From an uncultured Pseudomonadota bacterium (GTDB taxonomy: Bacteria; Pseudomonadota; Gammaproteobacteria; Burkholderiales; Thiobacillaceae), in the NCBI GenBank assembly GCA_903883985.1, contig CAISDD010000160.1:1-35784 (forward strand): 35,784 nt of DNA. The letters are read 5' to 3'. Shown one piece after another: positions 25,904-34,249 of the stretch (positions within the stretch are counted from its first letter, which is position 1; the number at the start of each line of letters is the position of its first letter). The notes below the pieces were generated by a model. The model had not been told where the DNA came from. It made no database searches and saw only the letters and a list, made by a program, of their open reading frames with translations. The translations under genes were made by a program, and so were the position numbers.

Positions 25904-27142
25904 TTAGTTCGTCGGGACGGGCGCGGGAAACAAGAGGGAAACCTCTGTGCCCCGTCCCGGTACGCTTTCTATCCGCGCCTCCCATCCATTCAGTTCGCAG
26001 ATACGTTTGACCAGAGAGAGGCCGATGCCGGCACCGTTGGAATCCGAACTCCGGTGATGGCGTTCGAACACCTGGCTCAGATCGTGGGGCGCGATCCCCG
26101 TTCCGCTATCGCCTATGACCAGGCAATCCTGACGCAGCCGGATGTCGATCCGAGGTGTGCCGGCATGCTGCACGGCATTGCCCACCAGGTTGTCGACCAC
26201 CACGGCCGCCAGGATTCTGGCTACCGGCAGCAGAATTTCGTCAGGGATGTCCAGGTAGATATCCGGGGAGGGTTTCAGGTCCATTACTCGATATTTCTCC
26301 ACCGTCGAGCGCACGACCTCGGCCATGTCGCAGCCTTCCCCTTCCTCCAGCCGGGCGTTTTCCTCTCGTGCCAGGTGCAGCAGAGCGCTGGTCAGGCCGG
26401 TCATGTCCTCGCTGGCACGTTCGATGCGCGCAAGACGCTGGCGCTGTTCCGAGGTCAGCGCGGAGTCTTCATCCAGCACATCGAGCGCACCACGGATGAT
26501 GGCCAGGGGGGTGCGCAGTTCGTGGCTCACATTGGCGGTGAAATCGCGCTCCCGCGCCATGCAGCTCTGGATGCGGGCCAGGTATCGGTCGAACTGAAGA
26601 GCCAGCTTTGCCACCTCGTCCAGGTTCTGCCCTGCCGAGTCCAGCGGCAGCGCGCCCTCTGGCACGGCAGCGCCGACGCGGGCCACCAGAGCCTCTACCG
26701 GTGCGACGATGCGCCTGGCCAGCCAGTAGCCGCCCAGGGCGGAAATCAGGGTCATGACTGCTGCGCCGATGCTGAGGAAAATCAGGAACTGCCGCTCCCT
26801 CTGGCGTTGTAGCGATTCGTCGAACAGGAAGCGGCCTGGCATGTGTTCGGCGGCAGGCGCCCGGTACCAGACTCCCGCGAGCAGGACATCACGTCCCACG
26901 CCCGCGAACGCTTGCGCCCCCGTGAGGTCGCCATGTCTGGCCACGGAGCGGTCGGGCGCCCAAGCCTTGCCCCCCCACGTGGCGGGGCGATCCCGCATCG
27001 CGTCCTGCAGGGCCTCGTCCATAAGCCTCTGCCCCAGGTCGTGGGCAAAAAAATACGCTCCGCTGCATAGCAACAAGCTGATCAGGGCGCCAAAAGCGGT
27101 GAAATACAGGGCGACCCGGAAGCGGAAGCTACGGCGCGGCAT
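25904..27142 (-). CDS. Two-component sensor histidine kinase
   Basis: Two TM segments. H-box SHELRTPLAIIRGALDVL. N/G boxes (DNLVGNAVQH, DSGTGI, GAGIGLSLVKRI). Start taken at ATG 27142, a 14-nt overlap with the regulator gene. Confidence 0.85.
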   Translation of the reverse strand: MPRRSFRFRVALYFTAFGALISLLLCSGAYFFAHDLGQRLMDEALQDAMRDRPATWGGKAWAPDRSVARHGDLTGAQAFAGVGRDVLLAGVWYRAPAAEHMPGRFLFDESLQRQRERQFLIFLSIGAAVMTLISALGGYWLARRIVAPVEALVARVGAAVPEGALPLDSAGQNLDEVAKLALQFDRYLARIQSCMARERDFTANVSHELRTPLAIIRGALDVLDEDSALTSEQRQRLARIERASEDMTGLTSALLHLAREENARLEEGEGCDMAEVVRSTVEKYRVMDLKPSPDIYLDIPDEILLPVARILAAVVVDNLVGNAVQHAGTPRIDIRLRQDCLVIGDSGTGIAPHDLSQVFERHHRSSDSNGAGIGLSLVKRICELNGWEARIESVPGRGTEVSLLFPAPVPTN

Positions 27143-27815
27143 GAGGCTCGGTGAGTTGGTAGCCCACTCCACGAACCGTGCGCAGCAAATTCTTGTCGCC
27201 TGGCTTTTCGACGGAGTTGCGCAGGACGTGAAGGTGTGCCTTCAAGGCATCGCTGTCAGGCGGGCGGTCACCCCAGATGGCCGCCTCCATTTCCTTGCGG
27301 CTGACCACCTTGGGCGAGGCGCGCATGAGCAACTCCAGCAACTTGAGGCAAATAGGCGGCAATACGATGATGCGCTCGCCACGGGTAACCCAGTAGGTTT
27401 CCACGTCGAAGCAGAGGTCGGATACGCGCAGCTTGCTGGTCAGTCCCTGCGGCAGGGCGCGACGGGTGATGGTGCGCAGGCGCGCCTCGACCTCGCGCAG
27501 GGCGAATGGCTTGATGACGTAGTCGTCCGCCCCCGCTTCGAGGCCGCGCACCTTGTCATCCAGGGAATCCAGCGCGGTCAGGATCAGCACCGGGGTGCGG
27601 CGTCCGGCTTCGCCGCGCAACTTGCGGCATAGCGTGATGCCGTCCATGCCAGGCAGCAGGATGTCGAGTACGATGGCATCGTAGTCGTTGATCAGCGCGA
27701 GATGCAGTCCGCCCACCCCATCCCCGGCCAGATCGACCACATGACCGTGGGCCGAGAGGAAATCCATGAGATTGGCGGCGATGTCCCGGTTGTCTTCGAT
27801 AATCAGCAGGCGCAT
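27129..27815 (-). CDS. OmpR-family response regulator
   Basis: Receiver MRLLIIEDN...AIVLDILLPGMDG. Winged-helix output domain ...LRTVRGVGYQL. Confidence 0.92.
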   Translation of the reverse strand: MRLLIIEDNRDIAANLMDFLSAHGHVVDLAGDGVGGLHLALINDYDAIVLDILLPGMDGITLCRKLRGEAGRRTPVLILTALDSLDDKVRGLEAGADDYVIKPFALREVEARLRTITRRALPQGLTSKLRVSDLCFDVETYWVTRGERIIVLPPICLKLLELLMRASPKVVSRKEMEAAIWGDRPPDSDALKAHLHVLRNSVEKPGDKNLLRTVRGVGYQLTEPHAAP

Positions 27816-27912
27816 GCCGGAAAAGGCGAGAAGTCGAGAGGCGCTAGGATACCCTGCGGCGAGGGAAATGATGGAAACTAGCGTGACTTCAAGCTGGCAG
27901 ATCAGTGGTCAG

Positions 27913-28317
27913 TTACTCGGCTCCGGATTTTCTTCCTGCTTTCACCACCGCGCGCCTAGCCTTGCCTTCCAGACGCTTCGCGATCGAGGTCCGGGTCGGT
28001 CGGGTTGGTCGGCGCAGTTTCGGTACGGCGGCGACGGTGGCGACCATCGCCTCCAGTCTGCGCAGCGCCTCGGCACGGTTTTTTTCGAGACTGCGAAATT
28101 CCTGTGCCTTGATGATGACCACACCCTCCTTGCTGATGCGCCTGTCGCCTTGCATCAGAAGCCGCTCGCGTATCGCCTCTGGCAAGGACGATGCGGCGAT
28201 GTCGTAGCGCAGATGCACCGCGTTGGCCACCTTGTTGACGTTCTGTCCGCCGGCGCCTTGCGCGCGGATCGCAGTGATTTCAACCTCATCGGGCGAGATG
28301 GCGTAACGTGGGCGCAT
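27913..28317 (-). CDS. arfB: Alternative ribosome-rescue factor ArfB (peptidyl-tRNA hydrolase, YaeJ)
   Basis: EVEITAIRAQGAGGQNVNKV with the GGQ motif. Basic C-terminal tail RRPTRPTRTSIAKRLEGKARR. Colinear by eye with E. coli YaeJ. Start at ATG 28317 (MRPRYAIS). Confidence 0.9.
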   Translation of the reverse strand: MRPRYAISPDEVEITAIRAQGAGGQNVNKVANAVHLRYDIAASSLPEAIRERLLMQGDRRISKEGVVIIKAQEFRSLEKNRAEALRRLEAMVATVAAVPKLRRPTRPTRTSIAKRLEGKARRAVVKAGRKSGAE

Positions 28318-28594
28318 GGCAAGTCTGGCGTAGGATCGGGTCACCATTGTAGGGCCAGACCGAACGGGTCCGGTTGTCCGCAGCCTCCAGGTCGTGACGC
28401 CTGCGCGGCGTTCCAGCGACCGAAAGCACCAATTGCCTGAACGAACCTCTCCCTAGTAGGATTATGGTGGATATACTTACGGTCATGAAGCTTGCCATCG
28501 ATCTCCCACCGTCCCTGCCATGTGCCGCAATGTGGACGCCGTCTGAAGCGCACGCCGTGAGTGGCCTGTCCCGACCGATGCACCGCCGCATGAA

Positions 28595-29170
28595 ATGGCG
28601 CCCTGTGAAATGGATGTGACTGTGTTGCTTGCTTCCTTGCGCCAACAGGTTGGACTGCTTGCCCTGTGCCTGCTGGCAACTGCTACGCAGGCCGGACAGG
28701 CGCGCATCAAGGTCGATTCCGGACTCCTGGGGGTGAGGGTGGATGCCAGCGAAGTGGTCTATGCCGATGCCGCCACCGTTTGGAACACCATTACCGATTA
28801 CAACCGCCTCGCGGCCTTCATCCCCGACCTGATATCCAGTCGCATAATTTCCTCGCCTGGCTCGCCCAAGCGGGTAGAACAGGTCGCCAACGCCGGACTG
28901 TTCGCCTTTATCATGCCGGATCGGGTCGTGTTGGCGATGGAGGAGATTCCTGGCCGCGCCCTGCGCTTCAGGGCGGTGGGGGGCAAGGTGGCCAGCATGT
29001 CCGGGGAATGGCGCATCGTCGGCGATCGCGCCCCGGTGACGCTGCATTACCGAGCCCATGTGCTACCCATGACCCCGCTACCGCCCCTGGTTTCCGATTA
29101 TTTCATCGAAAGCGAGGTCCGTGCCCGCTTCGAAGCAGTAGGGAACGAGGCCGAGCGGCGGATGCGCTGA
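28595..29170 (+). CDS. Secreted SRPBCC (START/polyketide-cyclase-like) family protein
   Basis: Signal peptide ...LLALCLLATATQA. The body has the SRPBCC-type pattern (VWNTITDYNRLAAFIPDL...GEWRI). Start ambiguous (28595 or 28610). Confidence 0.55.
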   Translation: MAPCEMDVTVLLASLRQQVGLLALCLLATATQAGQARIKVDSGLLGVRVDASEVVYADAATVWNTITDYNRLAAFIPDLISSRIISSPGSPKRVEQVANAGLFAFIMPDRVVLAMEEIPGRALRFRAVGGKVASMSGEWRIVGDRAPVTLHYRAHVLPMTPLPPLVSDYFIESEVRARFEAVGNEAERRMR

Positions 29171-29237
29171 CTGCGACATTCCGGCACAGACGCCCTACGA
29201 GGCGGGGAGGGATAGCCCGTCCCGGGCTTAGGTGCAA

Positions 29238-29402
29238 TAAGTGAGTCTGCGAGACTGACTTTGTTTACCACCGGGCTCCCTCACCCTGCCCTCTCCCGAA
29301 GGGAAAGGGTTCCACTCCCTTCCCCCTCCGGGGGAAGGGCCGGGGATGAGGGCCAGCGCCGGCAGCTTAATGAAGGAAAAATCAGTTACGCAACATTTCT
29401 TA
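29238..29402 (+). repeat. MITE-like repeat, copy 4 of 6 (most diverged ends)
   Basis: TAAGTGAGTCTGCGAGAC ... GTTACGCAACATTTCTTA with the same CTCACCCTGCCCTCTCCCGAAGGGAAAGGG...CCGGCAGCTTAATGAAGG core. Confidence 0.8.
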
Positions 29403-29418
29403 TGTATTCGGAGAGAGC

Positions 29419-29808
29419 ATGAGAGCCATCCTGTTTGCCGTGTTAACGCTCCTGGTGGGCTGTGACCAGGTGCAGCATCGCATGGGGTTCCTCGATCCGG
29501 CTCAGGTAGAGGCCGATGGCAAGGCTGTCGGCGGCGCTTGCCGCAACGCCGGACGAGGCCTGGAAGACTGCTTCCACCTCAACCCCGATGCGTCCAAGGC
29601 TGCGGTTTTTGCCGGCTGGAAGGAAATGAGCGAGTACATGACCAAGAATAACCTTCAGATCCTGATTCCCACCGTTCCAGATACCAGCCTCACCGAGATG
29701 GTACCCAAGTCGAAGAAGGGGGACGACGAGGAAGCCGACGTGGTGAAACCACCCGGCACGAAGAAGCCCGCCGCCAAGAAGAAAACCGAAAGCGATGCCG
29801 GGAAGTGA
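29419..29808 (+). CDS. Lipoprotein of unknown function with Lys-rich tail
   Basis: Lipobox LLVGC at residues 11-15. GGAGAGAG RBS. C-terminal KKGDDEEADVVKPPGTKKPAAKKK. Confidence 0.65.
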   Translation: MRAILFAVLTLLVGCDQVQHRMGFLDPAQVEADGKAVGGACRNAGRGLEDCFHLNPDASKAAVFAGWKEMSEYMTKNNLQILIPTVPDTSLTEMVPKSKKGDDEEADVVKPPGTKKPAAKKKTESDAGK

Positions 29809-30141
29809 GCGTCTGCGATTCGTTCGGGTCGGTCGCTAAAGGGTTGCGTATCCCGCCAGGCCTGCGTGATTTCCAGTCTGGCGGAACTTCATACGCTTCG
29901 CCGGCATCGCTCAGCCAGAGGGCTTACACAGTATGTCTCGCGCACGCGTCTTCGTCTGACGAAATGGCCTTGATCTGCATGACCTTACGCCACGGCTCGT
30001 GCAGAGCGGGGAAGGCACCTGCGCTTGGTGAACACCAGGCCACCACCACGCGGATCAAGTATCTATGATCACAGGAGGGCCCGGTCGAAAGGACAGCCAA
30101 ACGACCGGTATCCAAGCGCGTTAACCCGAAAGGAGCCCCAC

Positions 30142-30744
30142 ATGAAAGTAAGCGTAGCCATTGAAACCCGTCGTGCCGTCAAGGTATTCGACCCCGAGCA
30201 CTGCATGACCCAGGCCGAGATCGACCGCCTGCTTGGTTTGGCCATGCTGGCCCCCACAGCCTTTAATATCCAGAACTGGCGTTTCGTTCTCGTCTCCGAT
30301 CCAGCCTTGCGCCAGCAAGTCCGAAAGGTGGCGTGGGATCAGGCACAGGTCACCGATGCCTCGTTGCTGATCGTGCTGACCGCTGACATCAAGGCATGGG
30401 AAAAGGAACCGCAGCGCTATTGGCGCTTGGCGGCTCAGCCAGTGCAGGAATACATGGCACTTGCCATTGATCAGTATTACCGGGGTCGCGAGCAAACCCA
30501 GCGCGATGAGGCCATGCGCTCCTGTGGAATCGCCGCCCAGACTCTGATGCTGGCTGCACGTGAAATGGGCTACGACAGCTGCCCCATGGACGGCTTCGAC
30601 TTCGACGCCGTGGCCAAGCTGATCAATCTGCCGGCAGATCATGCGATCGCCATGTTTGTCGTGGTCGGCAAAGCAATGAAGCCGGCGCATCCGCGCAGCG
30701 GCCCGCTGACCGCGGATGAAGTTGTCATCCATAACCATTTCTAG
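30142..30744 (+). CDS. Nitroreductase-family protein
   Basis: AIETRRAVKVFDP...APTAFNIQNWRFVLV...SCPMDGFD pattern of NAD(P)H nitroreductases. AGGAG RBS before ATG 30142; the ORF-track start at 30025 is upstream read-through. Confidence 0.85.
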   Translation: MKVSVAIETRRAVKVFDPEHCMTQAEIDRLLGLAMLAPTAFNIQNWRFVLVSDPALRQQVRKVAWDQAQVTDASLLIVLTADIKAWEKEPQRYWRLAAQPVQEYMALAIDQYYRGREQTQRDEAMRSCGIAAQTLMLAAREMGYDSCPMDGFDFDAVAKLINLPADHAIAMFVVVGKAMKPAHPRSGPLTADEVVIHNHF

Positions 30745-30753
30745 GAACACGCC

Positions 30754-31284
30754 ATGCCCCTGTTGAAAACAGTATCCCCAGAGACCGCAAGCGGAGAGCT
30801 TGCTGCGTTATATGACCAGATGAAAACCGCCTTCGGTGGTGTGCCCAACGCCCTGTCCATCTGGAGCGAGAGTCCACTGCTTCTAAAACAGCAGTTCGAA
30901 TTTATCGGTTATTACATGCAGCATCCCAGGCTGTCCGGAGCCTTGCTGGCGACGATCCGGTTGCTGGTCTCGGTAGACACGCAGTGCATCTACTGCGTCG
31001 AATTCAATGCCGGCATGTTGATCAACATGATGGGTTGGACACCGGAGCAGGTGGCCGCAACCAAGACCGACCCATCCGCCGCCAAGCTCTCCCTGCGAGA
31101 AAAAAACCTGCTGATCTGGGTGCTCAATACAGTAAAGGACGCGAACAAAGTGACTGCGGATGAACTTGACACCTTGCGCGACCAGGACTGGAGCGACCAG
31201 GACATCCTGGAAGCCTTGAATCACGGAGCTCGTATGGTCGCAGGCGACATCATTCTCAACGCATTCAAGGTTACGCGAGACTAA
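30754..31284 (+). CDS. AhpD-like / carboxymuconolactone decarboxylase family protein
   Basis: CMD/AhpD core with the CxxC motif (QCIYCVEFNAG). 176 aa. The stop TAA lies at the MITE copy 5 boundary. Confidence 0.8.
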   Translation: MPLLKTVSPETASGELAALYDQMKTAFGGVPNALSIWSESPLLLKQQFEFIGYYMQHPRLSGALLATIRLLVSVDTQCIYCVEFNAGMLINMMGWTPEQVAATKTDPSAAKLSLREKNLLIWVLNTVKDANKVTADELDTLRDQDWSDQDILEALNHGARMVAGDIILNAFKVTRD

Positions 31285-31436
31285 GTGATGCCGCGAAACA
31301 GATTTGGTTTGCCACCGGGCCCCTCACCCTGCCCTCTCCCGAAGAGGGTTCCACCCCCTTCCCCCTCCGGGGGAAGGGCCGGGGCTGAGGGCCTGCGCCG
31401 GCAGCTTAATGAAGGCAGGTTACGCGACATTACTTA
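31282..31436 (+). repeat. MITE-like repeat, copy 5 of 6
   Basis: TAAGTGATGCCGCGAAAC ... GTTACGCGACATTACTTA. The first internal hairpin carries a small deletion (CCCTCTCCCGAAGAGGG). Source of the false N-terminus of ORF 31304-32245. Confidence 0.85.
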
Positions 31437-31447
31437 ATTGGATATTA

Positions 31448-32245
31448 ATGAGCGTTGGACATGTGAGCGAGAAAGCAGCAACAAAACCACGTCATGACAA
31501 TTCCTTGCGCATCGCCAGTTACAACATCCACAAGGGCATGTCCTTCTTCAACCGCCGCGTGGTGTTGCACGACGTACGTGAACGCTTGCAAGGCATCGAT
31601 GCCGACATCGTGTTTCTCCAGGAGGTTCAGGGGCAGCACCTGCGCCAGGCGCGTCGCCACAGCAACTGGCCACAGGAGCCGCAACACGAGTTCCTCGCCG
31701 GTGGACACTGGCAGGGCATGGCCTATGGACGCAATGCCGTCTATAAGCTGGGCCATCACGGCAACGCCATCCTCTCGCACTATCCCATCCTCAAGTCCGA
31801 GAACATCGACATTTCGGCCCATGTCTTCGAAAGCCGGGGCATGCTCCATTGCGAAATAGATGTCGCCGGCCTGGAGCAGCCGCTGCATGCAATCTGCCTG
31901 CATCTGGCCCTGAATGAGGCGGGCCGCAGGAAACAGATGGAGCTGCTGGCGGAGCGGATCCGCGCCGTGGTTCCGGATGATGCGCCGCTGATCATCGCCG
32001 GCGATTTCAACGATTGGCGACGTCGCTCCTGCGGGTATCTCGATCGGGTACTCGGCTTACGCGAGGTGTTCGATCTCGCCTACGGGCAAACCGCGCGCAG
32101 CTTTCCCGCCGTGCTGCCCATGCTCTCCCTGGACCGCATTTATGTGCGCGGCTTCGGGGTGGTCTCCGCCCGGGTGCTCCATGGCGCGCTCTGGCGCCGG
32201 CTCTCCGATCATGCTGCGCTGACCGCGCAACTTCGCGCCTTATGA
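31448..32245 (+). CDS. Endonuclease/exonuclease/phosphatase (EEP) family protein, YbhP-like
   Basis: LRIASYNIHKG...DIVFLQEVQG...GDFNDW...SDHAAL motifs. ATGA overlap with the following PLD gene, the same pairing as E. coli ybhP-clsB. Confidence 0.85.
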   Translation: MSVGHVSEKAATKPRHDNSLRIASYNIHKGMSFFNRRVVLHDVRERLQGIDADIVFLQEVQGQHLRQARRHSNWPQEPQHEFLAGGHWQGMAYGRNAVYKLGHHGNAILSHYPILKSENIDISAHVFESRGMLHCEIDVAGLEQPLHAICLHLALNEAGRRKQMELLAERIRAVVPDDAPLIIAGDFNDWRRRSCGYLDRVLGLREVFDLAYGQTARSFPAVLPMLSLDRIYVRGFGVVSARVLHGALWRRLSDHAALTAQLRAL

Positions 32246-33414
32246 TCCGGTCGGGGAACCGGCTGACTCTGCTGGAGAACGGTGCGGAATACTTTCCCGC
32301 GCTGATCGCGGCGATCGACGCTGCGCAATACGAAGTCCACCTGGAAACCTACCTCTACGCGGCCGACAAGACCGGACTGGAAGTCGCCGCCGCCCTGATG
32401 CGCGCGGCTCGACGCGGCGTGGTCACGCGGCTGTTGCTCGATGGTTTCGGTTCGCGCGGCCTGACTGCGGAATTTCTGGGCAGGCTGGACGCCACCGGGG
32501 TGAGCGTGTTGTTCTATCGGCCAGGCAGCCTCTTTCCGCGGCGTTCCCGCTTGCGCCGCATGCACAGGAAACTGGCGGTGGTGGATGCGTGTATCGGTTT
32601 CTTGGGCGGCATCAATATCAACGACGACCACGCTCGCCACAAGCTGGCTGCCCCTCGCCAGGACTTCGCCGTCGAAGTGCGCGGCCCTCTGGTTGCCGAC
32701 CTCCACGCCGCCGCCCAGCGCCTCTGGCGCCTGCTGCTGTGGAGCCGCGTGGGCCTGCGCCGCAGCGGGGAGGTTTGGATCAAGGCCGACCCGCCAGCCA
32801 TGGGCGAGCAGCGTGCGGAATTGCTGACCCGCGATACCCTGCACCGGCGCCATGCCATCGAACGCGCCTATCTCCGTGCCATCAGCCATGCCCGCGAGGA
32901 AATCCTGATCGCCAACGCCTATTTCCTGCCAGGTCGCCGCTTTCGCCAGGCACTGGCTCAGGCGGCCCAGCGCGGCGTGCGCGTGATCCTGGTGATGCAA
33001 GGCCATACCGATCACCGTCTCTACCATGCAGCCAGTCGCGCGCTCTACCGCTTCTTTCTGGAAAACGGCATGGAAATCTACGAGTACCACGCCAGCGAAC
33101 TCCATGCCAAAGTGGCCGTGGTGGATAGCCTTTGGGCCACGGTGGGCTCAAGCAATATCGATCCGTTCAGCCTGCTGCTGGCCCGTGAAGCCAATCTGGT
33201 CACCCATGACCCAGCCTTCGCCAGGGACTTGCATGAACGCATCCTTGCCGCGCGCGACGGTGGCGCCCACCGCATCCACCATCAAGCCTGGCGCCACATT
33301 CCCTGGATCCTGCGCCTAGCCTCCTGGATGGCATACGGCTTGGTTCGGGGGCTGATGGGCTTGGCGGGCTATGCGCAGGCCTACGATGGGCGCGGTCGGC
33401 GACGTTCGCATTAA
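32242..33414 (+). CDS. clsB: Cardiolipin synthase B-type phospholipase D family protein
   Basis: Two HKD motifs (HRKLAVVD...GGININD and HAKVAVVD...GSSNID). No N-terminal TM helices. ~390 aa. Start at ATG 32242 (MIRSGNRLTLLENG). Confidence 0.85.
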   Translation: MIRSGNRLTLLENGAEYFPALIAAIDAAQYEVHLETYLYAADKTGLEVAAALMRAARRGVVTRLLLDGFGSRGLTAEFLGRLDATGVSVLFYRPGSLFPRRSRLRRMHRKLAVVDACIGFLGGININDDHARHKLAAPRQDFAVEVRGPLVADLHAAAQRLWRLLLWSRVGLRRSGEVWIKADPPAMGEQRAELLTRDTLHRRHAIERAYLRAISHAREEILIANAYFLPGRRFRQALAQAAQRGVRVILVMQGHTDHRLYHAASRALYRFFLENGMEIYEYHASELHAKVAVVDSLWATVGSSNIDPFSLLLAREANLVTHDPAFARDLHERILAARDGGAHRIHHQAWRHIPWILRLASWMAYGLVRGLMGLAGYAQAYDGRGRRRSH

Positions 33415-33443
33415 GCTATATTTCGCTGTTGGCCGTGCCGATA

Positions 33444-33496
33444 GGAGCGGGCTTGCCCGCGTATGCCACCGTTGTATCGCGGGCAAGCCCGCTTCC
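33444..33496. repeat. REPIN-like doublet: two inverted REP units
   Basis: GGAGCGGGCTTGCCCGCG - 16 nt - CGCGGGCAAGCCCGCTTCC. Each arm is itself a small palindrome (GCGGGC tt GCCCGC). Lies 30 nt after the clsB stop. Confidence 0.6.
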
Positions 33497-33666
33497 ACGA
33501 GGTTTGGGTTCAGCCGAGTGGTGAATGCCAACAAGGGCTCGGGCACCTGGATTCTTGAGTTGCTGCGGCATCCAGGCTTCAAGGTACAAGGATTAAAGTT
33601 TTCCCTTGAACCCGCCGATATGGGGTCGCATTTGCCGTGCCAGCCACCTCACCTTAATCGGAGTCC

Positions 33667-33947
33667 ATGATGTCAATCAGCCCTGTTTCAGCTGCACCTT
33701 TGCCCAGCAACCCATTGCCGAATCCCGTTCAGGCCAGGCCCAACAAGCCCGCCGCCAGTGCGCCACCGTCTCCACACTGGTGCAGACGGCGGCACAAGAA
33801 GCCGCCGAAACGCCCGCTCAAACCGCACAGGAAGCCAGTAAAGGCGACTCACAGGCGCAACGCTCGTTAGCGGCTCGCGCCGCGCCAGCGCCCACCGTTA
33901 ACACCAGCGGTCAAGCCATCGGCACGGTCGTCAACACCAAGGCTTAA
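33667..33947 (+). pseudogene. Small Ala/Gln/Thr-rich ORF with unresolved start or frame (possible frameshift)
   Basis: The best start signal (GGAG then ATGATG at 33667) is in one frame (MMSISPVSAAPLPSNPLPNPVQARPNKPAAS...). The protein-like tail (VSTLVQTAAQEAAETPAQTAQEASKGDSQAQRSLAARAAPAPTVNTSGQAIGTVVNTKA, stop 33947) is in the frame of ORF 33606-33947, which begins with TTG and has no RBS. Confidence 0.3.
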
Positions 33948-34010
33948 GCGCCCTGGTACTGCTGCGGGGGGCGGTATCACGGGGTCAGGTCTTTCCTTTT
34001 GCTCACACGC

Positions 34011-34176
34011 CAAGTAAAGCGGCGTAACAGATTTGGTTTACCACCGGGGTCCCTCACCCTGCCCTCTCCCGATGGGAGAGGGTTCCACCCCCTTCCCCAT
34101 CCGAGTGAAGGGCCGGGGATGAGGGGCTGCGCCGGCAGCTTAATGAAGCCATAATTTGTTGCGCGACATTACTTAA
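34011..34176 (+). repeat. MITE-like repeat, copy 6 of 6
   Basis: CAAGTAAAGCGGCGTAAC ... GTTGCGCGACATTACTTA. The second internal hairpin is degraded (CCCTTCCCCATCCGAGTGAAGGG). Confidence 0.85.
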
Positions 34177-34249
34177 TACCTTCGCGCCGAATTTTTTGCC
34201 GTAACACAATCCGCCTATAATCGCTCTCCATCCTTCGCCCTTGTCCGCC

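Noticed and set aside
29809-30141. 333-nt gap upstream of the nitroreductase gene, containing ORF 29805-30068 and a CCGCCAG...CTGGCGG hairpin. Considered as a small gene, sRNA or riboswitch.
   Set aside because: The ORF product is not protein-like and has no RBS. I could not recognise any known riboswitch or sRNA consensus by eye. The hairpin is probably just the lipoprotein gene's 3' structure.
30142-33414. The nitroreductase + AhpD-like pair and the EEP + PLD (ybhP-like/clsB) pair, considered as candidate novel systems.
   Set aside because: Both are common housekeeping or stress gene pairings. The EEP-ClsB adjacency mirrors E. coli ybhP-clsB. Apart from the MITE between the two pairs, nothing in the sequence departs from the expected architecture.
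6919-34176. Whether the six similar repeats could be a CRISPR array or rRNA/tRNA-related sequences.
   Set aside because: The units are ~150-165 bp, kilobases apart, in mixed orientation and bounded by inverted repeats. There is no short regular repeat-spacer periodicity and no cas genes. No cloverleaf or rRNA-like segments were seen anywhere in the window.
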